From: the human T2T-CHM13v2.0 reference genome, Homo sapiens
DNA: 64,000 bases
Assembly (NCBI RefSeq): GCF_009914755.1
Contig: NC_060928.1
Reading direction: 5' to 3' (one strand)
Shown: positions 47,534 to 64,000 of the stretch, one piece after another
Position numbering within the stretch: the stretch's first letter is position 1
Layout of the letters: each line of letters starts with the position of its first letter
The notes under the pieces: model-generated
What the model saw: the letters and a program-made list of their open reading frames with translations, nothing else
Told to the model about the DNA's origin: nothing
The model's database searches: none
Made by a program: the position numbers and the translations under genes

Positions 47534-48344
47534 CTGTGAAGAATTTGTTCTATCACAAAAGAGTGTCAGCATAGCAAACACTATAGAAAAGATTAGTACA
47601 TACATCTAAGAAGAGAAAATCAAGCATTATCAGAAATTTTTGGAGTAATGGCTATTTTTTAACTGACCTAATCTCTTTCTTTGGAAGAAGTTATGGAATA
47701 TGATATACATGGCATCTGTTATGGCTATTTGTGTAAATATGTGTGTCTGTAAAAGGAAAAGATGAAAAACAACTATGACACTATAGAAGAAGGAGACAAT
47801 GCTAGAAAATATTATACCCAGACTCTTCATTTACAATACTGTAATTACTAATATGGGTTCTTGGAAGGTGGCATTTGTTGTGTTTAATTCCATATGTTGT
47901 AGTTCTACTAAATTCCTTGTGTCTATTAAGGCAGGGTTTTTTGTTTGTTTGTTTGTTTGTTCTTTCTGTAGAGTATTTTTAGTTGGGAGTCATTGGAACC
48001 ATTACCTGGCTATGAGCAGTGAGGAAAAGTTACTATTGAAATAATTTTATATGTCTATTTCTTTAGCTCTGTAATTCTTTATACCTCATTTAAAACTTGT
48101 CAGATTATGTCTTTTTCCCTAAAAAAAAATCTTTAAAAGCTGAAGTTTAATAATGATGGAGATTCAAGAGTCTGATACTGTGGTGTGAAATTTCTGTGAA
48201 CTAGTCCTGAGAATCCCATTTATAATACAGAATTATGCAGTATATAGTTACATAACTGAGTGATTGTATTTCTCAGGTCATTGTTTAAATATTACTAAGA
48301 CACTTTTTTTCCTGAAATCACACTGCATAAAATGATATGCTACT

Positions 48345-48675
<331 letters not shown>

Positions 48676-49324
48676 CTATAACTGCCTGTGAGGGACCCTC
48701 ATCATCACTTTTCTGTGTCTCACAGGGGCACTTAATCCTCAGTGGAAGAATCTACCAGTCATTTTTCCAGTGGAGATCTCTTCACTATCTTGAGTAGCTC
48801 ATTCACACAATATAAAGCCCTTGTTGAATATGTGTTTGCTTGAAATTTATTGAGAATTACTCTGAATTGTGGTTTCCCTTATGTTCTCATTTGTAAATGT
48901 AAATGCATAGTGTAATTCCACATTGCTCAGTGCATACGCCTATCAAGACAAAATAAAGAGAAAGAGAAATGTAGCGCCAAAAGTTTTCAGTATATAATGT
49001 CAAAATTGAATACCCATCTTTTTGTTGTTGTTGTTTCTTTTGTTTTCCATTTATTATTTATTTATTTTCTCTGTAAAATAATGATGAACCCATTCTGACA
49101 TAACCGGTATACTTTCAGATCCTAAACATGGGAGGTAAACTTTCTTTTAAAAACTTGTTTAAAAAAAGAAATCCTAAAGTTTGTGTATGCACAACATATT
49201 TTGCCAAGTATTTTTCAAAAATATAATTTGAGCCTTATGACATTAGTTTTAATTGGAGAGTCACTGTACTACTATTCCAGGTAGTTCTTGGGGCTCCCAG
49301 GTATTCTGTGTGACTCGTTACCTG

Positions 49325-50022
49325 TGTGAACACAAAGTATCTGAAACAGTTCTCAATTTAGAAAGTTTATTTTGCCAAGGATAAGGACATGCTCATGACA
49401 CTGCCTCAGAAAGTCTCAATGACACGTGCTCAAGGTGGTTGGGGCACAGCTTGGTTTTACACATTTTAGCAGACATGAGACATCAATCAATATGCGTATG
49501 ACGTACATTGGTTTGGTCAGGAAAGGTGGGGCAATTCAAAGTGATGCCTTCATGTCATAGATAAGAGTTAAAAGGTTGCATTCTTTTTTGGGTCTTAGAT
49601 GAGCCTTTTGCTGAATACACAGTATACATATGAGAGAAGGGTTGAGAAATAGTCACTTATGCCTTAGTCTGACTCAGTAAATCTGCATTTTTTCCATAAA
49701 CAATGGTGAAGGGATGGCTTTGAGTTCTGTCCTCTTTTGTCCCTCACCTGTGAAGATAAGCTATCAATTTACATTTCCAGGGTGAAATTCAACAGAAATG
49801 TTTCAGGTTAAAGATTTTGAGGCCCACAAGGAATTTCCTCTTGGGAAGATTGTAAGGGAGGTATGTAACTTAAAAACAACAACAACAACAACAACAAAAA
49901 CCCAACTTTGTAGCTATTTTATTTAGGAATAAAATGGGAGGCAGGTTTGGCTGATACAGTTTCCAGCTTGACTTCCCTTTGACTTAGTGACTTTGGGTTT
50001 TCAAGATTATTTTTCTTTCAGA
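49325..50022 (-). mobile_element. MER4A-like ERV1 solo LTR
   Basis: aatttagaaagtttattttgccaagg...cagcttggttttacacattttag...ttccagcttgacttccctttgacttagtgactttggg. Confidence 0.8.
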
Positions 50023-50053
50023 CCTGTAGCCACATTTAATGGAACTTGTGTTT

Positions 50054-50504
50054 GATGTTTTTTCTCAATGCCTCGCTGCCCAGAGTCTTCTTCATCCACC
50101 CAATATTGAGGTAGCATATTGTCTGTTTATACACTCATCAGTGATCTCATTCTGGGATATCTTCATGAAAATAATATATCAGTGTACAAAATATTAGAGT
50201 ATGAAAAGCTTAAAAAAATTAAATTTCCCTCATACTCTCTGTCTAGAGCTATTCCTGATTTAAATTTGTATGCTTTTATTATGGTTTTTATTCTATTTAT
50301 ATAATTCACTGTGATGTTTATTTAGATAATTTTAATCTTATTGTATATTCCTTTTCATCCTGCATAAAAATTGTGATCTAGTTCTATTCATCATTTTGTT
50401 TCTCAGTTTCCGACAATTCTTGTATTATAGCTGACACTGTAATTATACATATTTTGATAAAATGATTGTAATGGCATAGAATGCATATTGTATACATTTT
50501 TACA
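50054..50504 (-). pseudogene. Fragment B intron 2 segment paralogous to window positions 1-463
   Basis: For example tgatctcattctgggatatcttcatgaaa vs tgatctcattctgtgatgtctttatgaaa; tgtgatgtttatttaga shared. Confidence 0.88.
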
Positions 50505-50662
50505 TAGTACCCAATAGTTTTTCAGGCCTTCTGCCCTTCTCTTCCCTCTGTAGTAGTCCCCACTGTCTATTGTTCCCATTTTTGTCTATGTGTGCCCCAA
50601 GCTTAGCTCCCACTTTTAAGTGAGAACACATAGTATTTAGTTTTCTGTTTCTGGGTTAATTA
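50505..50662 (-). mobile_element. Short L1PA15/16-like 3' UTR fragment at the end of fragment B
   Basis: tagtagtccccactgtctattgttccc...ttagctcccacttttaagtgagaacacatagtattt. Confidence 0.75.
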
Positions 50663-50766
50663 TTCTGGTTCATGTGTGTGTGTGTGTGCACAAATCTCCA
50701 TGTATTTGTTTGTTTATCTTGGCTTTAATCTGTCATTTTATTTTCTTTTTTCAAATGTTGTCTGCC

Positions 50767-50840
50767 TATCTATCTATATATTTATCTATCTAATCTATCT
50801 ATCTATCTATCTATTATCTATTTATCATCTATCTATATAT
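50767..50840. repeat. (TCTA)n imperfect tetranucleotide STR
   Basis: Read directly. Confidence 0.9.
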
Positions 50841-53800
50841 TTAAGAATGAGGACATAGAATGATTCACTGGGATATCTTTGTATCTGTGAAGGACTTAGT
50901 ATCTGGTTGGCTTTGATTTTTATGCTGAACGCGTACAACTACTAGACCTTACCTAAAGGGAACCAAAAATTTCATAAAAAAGATTATACTTTGATGTGTT
51001 ACATCAATTCTAGTTTTCTCATTTTACCCTGGTGAATTTATTTCAATTTCTTTAAGGAAAAACTCTCTAGTTTTTGTGTGGAAAGTGCAAAGAGGAACGT
51101 ATTATGTAATACAGTAAGGGTTAGTGCATTTCATTTTCATGTCTTTAGTTTCCTTTAGTCTGTAATTATCCCTTCATTTTTTGTCTCTGTTAATTTTTGA
51201 CTTCTAGATGAATTATTGACCAGTTGTTTTGTAGAATGATTCTTATTTTACATTTGTTTAATGTTCCTTCATGATTAAGTTGCTATCACACATTTTTTGA
51301 AAGAATACTGCAGACATGTTGTTGTAGTCTTCACATTACATCATTTTTGGGCAGCAGATAGTGTTGATTTGTCATGCTGGTGATACTAACTTTGATTTCT
51401 TGGTTAAGATGCTGTCTACAGGTTTATTCCCTGTAAAATTATAATTTCTCATTTTGGAATTAGAAGTATCTTGATAGGAGACTTTGAGACTGTAAATATC
51501 CTGTTTCCATTACATCCTTTCCCTCTAATTTTAGCATCCATTCAAAGATAATTTTTGCCTGAATTAAATTACTGTGGAGTTTGTCTAATGATTATTTCTA
51601 TGTCTATAATTTCTTTAACAATTAGTAAGAGAAATTCTACTCTAAGAAAGAACATTTTTTCCCTTTTATTTCCTTATACTGGTTTCTGTCAATATGATTT
51701 CATGAGTATTTGGTTTATTCCAAAGGTTACAATCCACAGCTATCATTATTCCATTGCTCAAATTGGTCCAGATTCGATTCATTGGGACTTCCTTCAGTTT
51801 CCTTCTATATTTTTCTGATATGTTGTCATCATGTTGTATACTTATTTACTTTCTGGCACCCCTAGATATTTCAGGCACATCCTGTACTTTTGTTGCCTCA
51901 GGGGTAATGTCATTTATATCTTGAGGAAGGCATGGTTCGTTTTATTGGAGTATAGTGTCTAGAAGCAAAATTTCAAGTACTTAGCATGTTCATTGCATCT
52001 GGGATATTATTACTTCTAGGCCATTTACGCATAGACATTTTGGAAATGTATCTATGCATAACTTTTCATTAACAGCTTAAGAGAATAAATAAATTATCAT
52101 TTCCATAAAATACAGAAAAAGGAGAGTGTAGTAAGCTAAAACATGGTAAATCTAAATAGTAAATATTTACAGATAAGCTCAAACTAATAATTTAATGTAA
52201 AAAGTTATTTTCATTTAATGTCATGTAATAGTTATATATCAATTTAAAAAAGAATTAAATAAACTCACCCATTATGGTAGAGATTCTCAGATATTTCAAT
52301 CTAGCTTTTATTTTTGTTTAAAAGAGAAACACCTAATAAAAATTACCCATATTACTATAAAATATATACAGATTTTACAAGAGGCATATACCCAATAGCA
52401 AATAAATGAAAATTGATGCAATGCTACAAAAATCAAACAAAGCAGAATTAAGATGCGAAGTATCAAATGTGATAAGTGAATCATTTCATGTGGATAGAAA
52501 TAATTCACTTAAAATTAACAATAATAAGTATTTGGAGATTGAAATATATCTCAGAAACTGATAGATTGAACAGAGAAAATAAATTCTATGAAAGTTGATT
52601 GTATTAGCAACAAAAGTAACAAAAATAACGTACTGAATCCTGCATCTTCAAATAGAGTATAAATATTCTTTTGAAGTGCACATGAAAACTTTTATAAAAT
52701 TAAACTAAGGCAATGTCACAGATGAAATCTCCACAAATTCTGAAGTATATATATCATATGTATCTATATAATGTGATACAATTAAAATAATTATAAACTT
52801 AAAGAGAATGTATTACCTTTCAAATATACACATTTAAGAATTTCATTCAGTGGAGTGGACTGTGCTTACCATTCATGACCCAAGTCTTTACTACCTTTTC
52901 TGCTCCAAACACATATACCATGAAGAGAAGACGGCATAGAATATACTCAGGTAAGTATACAACTGAGAAAACTTACACACCAGTTGTTAGCATTAGAGAA
53001 AATTATATGAATAGATTCTTATAGGAGCTATAACAAGATGGTTTTGGCAGGATAAAAAATGTGGCAAAAGCCTTAAAAGTGGAAAACAAAATTTACCTAC
53101 GGAGTTCAGGGAATTTCTGTTCTGAAAAAATGTAAGTTGTAATAACTAAAAAATTAAAACAAATTATAATGAAACTGATCTCTCTAGATGACAGCAGACA
53201 CATGCAGGAAATGAAAGTTTGCAGAAATTAACAGCTGTTGAAGATTAACTCATGAAAACCACATGAGGAAATAACCAATTCTACACAATAGTAAGATTTT
53301 CACCCAAAGTTTATAAATATAGGAAAAAATCAAAATAATTTTTTTTCTCAGAGATGAGAAAATACTTAACATAAAAATGGAATTGGGTGAGAAGCATGAA
53401 TAGAAAGAGGAACATTTAGAAATTGTGGAAATTAGAAATACAGTCACTGATTGTATAAAATGTAATAGAGTTCACAAAATAAAATGGAACCGAATGAACG
53501 AATAAAAGAATGAACAAAACCTGCAATAAGGTGAATTAGTAAACTTTCTCTTTTTCTGACTGAACCTTGACTGATAGAGCTTCCAACAGAAATCACCTAA
53601 TACTGTAGGAATTGCCATTAAGCTGATTAAAATATGAAAGTGTTATTTGCTATTACCACATGTTAGAGCCCTCCTGATTGCCTGCTTTACTTCTGAAGCT
53701 CTGTCATTATGGTTTCCTGGTTTTAATCACTCATTCTATGCTTCACTGAAATATTTTGAACTGATTCAATGTGTTTCTCTCAAATTTAATTTTATTCTAT

Positions 53801-55526
53801 CCTGTCTCTTGCCTCCTGCAGGTTCTCACTGTGAGCAATCCAGCTCCAGAGCTTACCTTCTCTGACCTAGGGTTCCTCATTTTTTTTTTTTTACCAGTTT
53901 ATCTGAACTTCATTGATCTTGTTCCTTTGCCAATCACTCTGAGCCACTGTCATCATGACTCAGGATTCTAGAATTTGAACAAATTATAAATTTGCCCTTT
54001 GTATCTTCTGTATCCCAAAGAAGAACCAGTAGACGGTACCACAAGAGAAAAATGAGTGCAGTACATGAACAAAACACCTGAATGAATCACAAACAAAAAG
54101 AGATGGTTGATTAGATTTATAATTAAGCATTTGCCAATCAAATCAGTGATTCATTTTTATATTATTTGGATTGGTAAAATTTAACATCCACCATAGATGA
54201 AGCACGAAATAACTGTCCACTCCAGTGCTGCATAGGTGGGTGTACATAGAGGGAGGTAGTGTTTGAAGGATACCCCTGGGCTCAACTGACTCAAGCTAGC
54301 TCAGTCTTGGTAAGAGGGAGACTGGACACTTCTGGTACAGTTGGGCTGCAGACACACTGTACCAACTGTAAGTTCACTTTGGTGAGAATCTTCATATGCC
54401 CTCACTTGAAAGAATTTTCTTTTCCAGATAAGTTTATGCCTTTTATTCATCCGAATTTTACCATGATGCTGTGCTCAAAGATACAACAACATTTGAGGCA
54501 CTAAAAAATGAAAAATTTTAAATATTGTTGTCTGCTCTAACAGTTTTCAATTTACTGAAGGTGGAAATTTTACAGTTATTAAGAAATAAAGTAAACTGAA
54601 AAAACATAGGTGGAGTGAGACTGAGAGAAAAAGAAATGGAGAGAGTCATGGAACTCTTCCCAGCAGGGTGAAAATTATTGGATATTTATTAAGAAAAGGG
54701 ATGAATGAAATGAAAATTAACATGGCTAAAAAAAGGTCTCAACACAACATTATGAGAGGTAAGGTGGTCAAATGAGACTTTTTGAAATTAATCCAACCTA
54801 AAAGGGCCCCAAACTAATCAGTTTCATTTATCGCAGTGTGGAGTAGTTTAAAAAGCAGGAATGCAGAGATCACAGTTAGAAAGCTGCTTAATAATTTCTT
54901 CAGATAATGCTGAGGCAGATTAATCAAGATAAAAATTAACACACAAAAAAAGGGTTTATTGGTTTAAGGCCCTGCTGTTGACCCAAAGCCTTGTGTAAGA
55001 CTGTCAGGGGATAGGGAACAGAAATTCCAGAGACTCCTTAATACAAGACCCCATGTGATATGCTACCAAGATGCATTGGGGAAGCCTTGACCGAGGTTAT
55101 AGTTAGGTTGAGAAACCATAAAAATATAAAGATTAATAGAATTATGAAATTTGTGATATTTAAACAGGCTTAATTTAAAGAAAGTGTGTCTTTTTAACTT
55201 AAATGTCTTATGAAATGGACTTTATGTCTGGCTGGAAACACTTGTTCTGCCTATTGATAATATTGTAACACAAAACCTGCTGATAAAGTCCTAAAGGAGC
55301 TTAAGTAAAGGTTAATGAAATGAAAAGGAAAATGTATAGGAAAGTTGGTATTTTTGAACATACTTTATGTGAAGTAGTATCTATTTTATCTGAATGTGTC
55401 AAGGTTGAAGGACACTGTATCTAACTAGGAAATGTTTCTTGAATCTAATATTGTATAACAGAAGGTATGCAAATTTGCCCTTCAGCCAACATTAATTGGA
55501 CATGCTAAATGAAAACCACTATGGTA

Positions 55527-57910
<2,384 letters not shown>

Positions 57911-57994
57911 GGAAACCACTATGGTATTCCAAGTTCATACAATGTAGAATAGAAGCTGGAGTGTTAGTACAGAAAGCATTATCTGTTCGATAGC

Positions 57995-59408
57995 CCGGAT
58001 AAACAACTTCAGGAAAGTTTCAGGATGCAAAATCAATGTGCAAGAATCACTAGCAGTCCTATATACCAACAAAATCCAAGTCAAGAGCCAAATCAGGAAC
58101 ACAATCCCATTCACAACTGCCACAAAAAATAAAATAAAATGTCTAGAAATACAGTTTACCAGGGATGTAAAATATCTTTACAAGGATCACTACAAACCAC
58201 TGCTCAAGAAATCAGAGATGATACAAACAAATGGAAAAAAAATCCATGCTCATGGGTAGGAAGAATCAGTATCATTAAAATGGTTATACTGCCCAAAGCA
58301 ATTTGTAGATTTCATGCTATTCTTATCAAACTGTCAATGACATTTTTCAAAGAATTAGAAAAATGTATTTTAAAATTCATATGGAACCAAAAATAAAAAG
58401 CCCAAATAGCCAAGGCAATTGTAAGCAAAAAGAATGAAGCTGGAGGTATCATATTACCTGATTTCAAACTATGCTACAGGGCCACAGTAACCAAAACAGC
58501 ATGATACTAGTATAAAAACAGATACGTGGATCAATGGGACAGAATAGAGAACTCAGAAATAAGGTCGCATACCTACAACTGTCTGATCTTTAACAAAGCT
58601 GACAAAAAAAATGGGGAAAGGACACCCTATTTAATAAATGGTGTTGGGATAACTGGCTAGCCCTACGCAGAAGATTGAAACTGGACCCCTTCCTTACACA
58701 ATATACAAAAATTAACTCAAGATGGACTAAAGACTTAAATGTAAAACTCAACACTATAAAAACCGTGGAAGACAACCTAGGCAATACCATTTTGTGCATA
58801 GGAACTTGTAAAGATTTCATGATAAAAACACCAAAAGCAACTGCAACAAAAGAAAATAAAAATGACAAACAGTATCTAAGTAAACTTAAGAGTTTCTGCA
58901 TAGCAAAATAAAATATTAACAGAGTAAACAAACATACTAAAGAATGGGAGAAAATTTTTGCAAACTATGCATCTGACAAAGGTCTAATATCTAGCATCTA
59001 CAAGGAACTAAAACACATTTTCAAGAAAAAAAACATTAAAAAGTGAGCAAAGGTCATGAACAGACACTTTTCAAAGGAAGTCATACATGCAACCAACAAT
59101 CACATGAAAAAAAGCTCAACATAACTGATCATTAGATGTAGATGATGGGTTGATGGGTGCAGCAAACCATCACAGCACGTATATACCTACGTAACAAACC
59201 GGCATGTTCTTCACATGTGTCCCAGAACTTGAAGTATAATAAAAAAGTTAATTAATTAAAAAAAGAAAAATGTAAATCAAAACCACAATGAGATACCATC
59301 TCACACCAGAGTGGCTGTTCTTAAAAAGTCAAAAAATTACCGATGTTGATGAAGTCGTGGAGGAAAGGAAACACTTGTACACTCTAAGAGTGTAAATTAG
59401 TTCAATCA
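57995..59408 (+). mobile_element. Older L1PA/L1PB ORF2 fragment with a nested 130-bp L1PA7/8-like 3' end (about 59136-59265)
   Basis: ORF2 peptides [16 protein letters not shown]; nested gatgggttgatgggtgcagcaaacc...gaagtataataaaaaa interrupts cattaga/gaaatgtaaatc. Confidence 0.88.
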
Positions 59409-59487
59409 AGACCAGACTAAATATAGATATGCATCCAGAAATGCTTTTAGAAAATATATCATATGTTTATAATACATAAGCTAATAA

Positions 59488-60490
59488 AATGGGAGAGTTC
59501 TCTGATTCCCCTGGCAGGATGTGTGACAGGGGTGTGGCTCACCTGTTTGGTCACCCGGCAGCTCAAACCCCTAAGGCAGATGGGCAGGTGCAGAGGCCAG
59601 GCAGGTGCAGAGGCCAGGGCAGAGCGTTTTGGACTCTCAGCCCCATGGCAGCGTCTAGGGCTGGGTGCCTACAACCACAGTGTTACTAAGCTCTGTCAGC
59701 TTTGCCATCTGCAGGCGGCTTGTGTGTTAGTTAGCCCAATAAACCCTCTGCCTTATCTCAAGGGCAGAAGGCCAGTGTGACAGTCTTATGTATCCTGAGT
59801 TCTTGCCCAGTGTCCCAAAAGAATCGGATCACACGTGAGCGTGAAGGATTGAATGCAAGGTTTTGTTGTTGTTGTTGTTGTTGTTGTTTTCTTTCGTTTT
59901 GTTTTTGTTTTTTAGAGACGGAGCCTCACTCTGTAGCCCAAGCTGGAGTGCAGTGGCGCCGTCTTGGCTCACTGCAACCTTCACCTCTGGGGCTCAAGAG
60001 TGAATTCAAGGTTTTATTGAGTGGTGCAGGTGGCTCTCAGCGAGATGGATAGGTAGCAGAAGGAGGGATAGACTGGGAAGGTGGTCTTCCCCTGCAGTCG
60101 GGCTGCCCAGAGGCAGGACTCTGCTCTGACCGCCGCCAGCTCCCCACCACCCCACCTCTCCGCTGAACTATCCTAAGCATCTAGAGAGGTCCCTCCTCTT
60201 CTCTATTTCTCTGCCACATCGTTCTGCCGTTGCTAGTCTGCTTGTCGGCTGGTCGTCTGGCCTTGATGTTCAGCTGCTTGTGTGTGTGCCTGCTAAGGTC
60301 TCAGGTTTATGTGGGCACAGAATGGGGGGCGTGGTAAGCCAGAGAGGTCTTGGAAAATGCAACATTCAGGCTCAAAAACAGGAGTGCCTGTTCTCAATTA
60401 GGTCTGTGGGCACATGCCCGAGGGTGAATCCCTCACCAGTGACCTTGCTCTTCTCTACCCCACACTTCGCTGCCCAATCTCCAGTTCCAC
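59488..60490 (-). mobile_element. ERV1 solo LTR (LTR1/LTR27/LTR28 group) with nested Alu 3' fragment (59865-60000)
   Basis: GC-rich LTR (ggtcttggaaaatgcaacatt...ggtctgtgggcacatgcccgagggtg); Alu fragment with (GTT)n tail and TSD tgaatgcaaggtttt/tgaattcaaggtttt. Confidence 0.75.
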
Positions 60491-60599
60491 TAATATATCT
60501 AAAAGTCACATGGGATCCCTCCAGTCTAGATTATTGGTGAGACTACTGAAAGCTTCAGGTACAACTTTAACATCTGCTTACCTTGTTTTTTTTTCTCTT

Positions 60600-61525
60600 A
60601 AACAGCTTTAGTAATGTATAATTGATGTACTATAAATTCTACCTATTTAAAGTGTACAGTTGATAAGTTTTGACATGTAAACATTCATGAAACCATTACT
60701 ACAATCAAGATAATAATAGATCAATTGCCGCAACAGTTTTATCATGTTCCTTTGTAATTGTCTTATACTTCTCCCCAGTCTCCTATAGCCAGGTAACCAT
60801 TCATCTGTTTTCTGTTAATAGAGCTTTGCTTGCATGTTATAGAGTTTCATATAAATGGAACCACAGTCTGTATACTTGTTTCACTAGCATCTTTCACTCA
60901 GCATCATTATTTTTATTTTGAGATTTATTTACTCTTCATGTACCAATGGTTCATTCCTTCATAGTGCGGAGAAATACCTCATTGTATAGATATGCTACAA
61001 TTTTTTTATTCATTCTCTGTTGATGGACATTTAAATTGTTTCCAATTTGAGGTCATTGCAAATAAAATTACGATGAACATTTGTGTAAAATCTTTAAATG
61101 GATATGTGTTTTCATTTCTCTTGGCTAAATACCTAGAAGTAAATTGGCTAGATCACAGGGTAAGTGGATGTTTAACTTTTTAGGAAACTATCAAACTGTT
61201 TTCCAAACTGATTTTACCATTTTATTTCCACCAGCAGCGATGGAGAGTTCTGGTTGCTTTATATTCTTGCCAACATTTGATATGACCTGTCTCTTTAATT
61301 TCAGCCTTTCTAATATGTGCATAGTACTTCATTCTGGTTTTAGATTGCCTTTCCCTAATAACTAATAATAATAAGCATCTTTTCATGTATTTACTGACCA
61401 TCTGTATCTTCTTTGGTGACATGTCTTATCCAACATTTTAATTACTTTGTTTTATTATTTATCGAGTTTTAAGAGTTATTTATATGTGTTCTATGTATCT
61501 TTTAGCAGATATATGTTTTGTAAAA
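60600..61525 (-). mobile_element. Old L1MB/MC/ME 3' fragment
   Basis: cagctttagtaatgtataattg...tttaaagtgtacagtttgataagttttgac. Confidence 0.75.
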
Positions 61526-61527
61526 TA

Positions 61528-64000
<2,473 letters not shown>

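Overview
Primate, almost certainly human, genomic DNA from the UGT2B cluster (4q13). The left end holds the 5' part of UGT2B15 on the minus strand: promoter, exon 1 (4917-5640, Tyr85 allele) and exon 2 (3062-3210); exons 3-6 are outside the window. Upstream are two UGT2B pseudogene fragments on the same strand. Fragment A (about 22.7-27.8 kb) has promoter, intron 1, a dead exon 2 and part of intron 2, with exon 1 deleted. Fragment B (about 39.4-50.5 kb) has part of intron 2 and exons 3-6 with intact splice sites but inactivating lesions. The two fragments are complementary halves in permuted order. Most of the rest is transposon-derived: a HERV-F-group provirus truncated by a near full-length L1PA, solo LTRs (LTR5, MER11, MER61, MER4, MaLR), Tigger1, many Alus and old L1s, and a rearranged L1PA with a short 3' transduction. 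Most ORFs in the supplied track are Alu/L1 artefacts. I see no wholly new gene system; the notable points are structural, evolutionary and regulatory. Repeat subfamily names come from recall of consensus sequences, not a database search.
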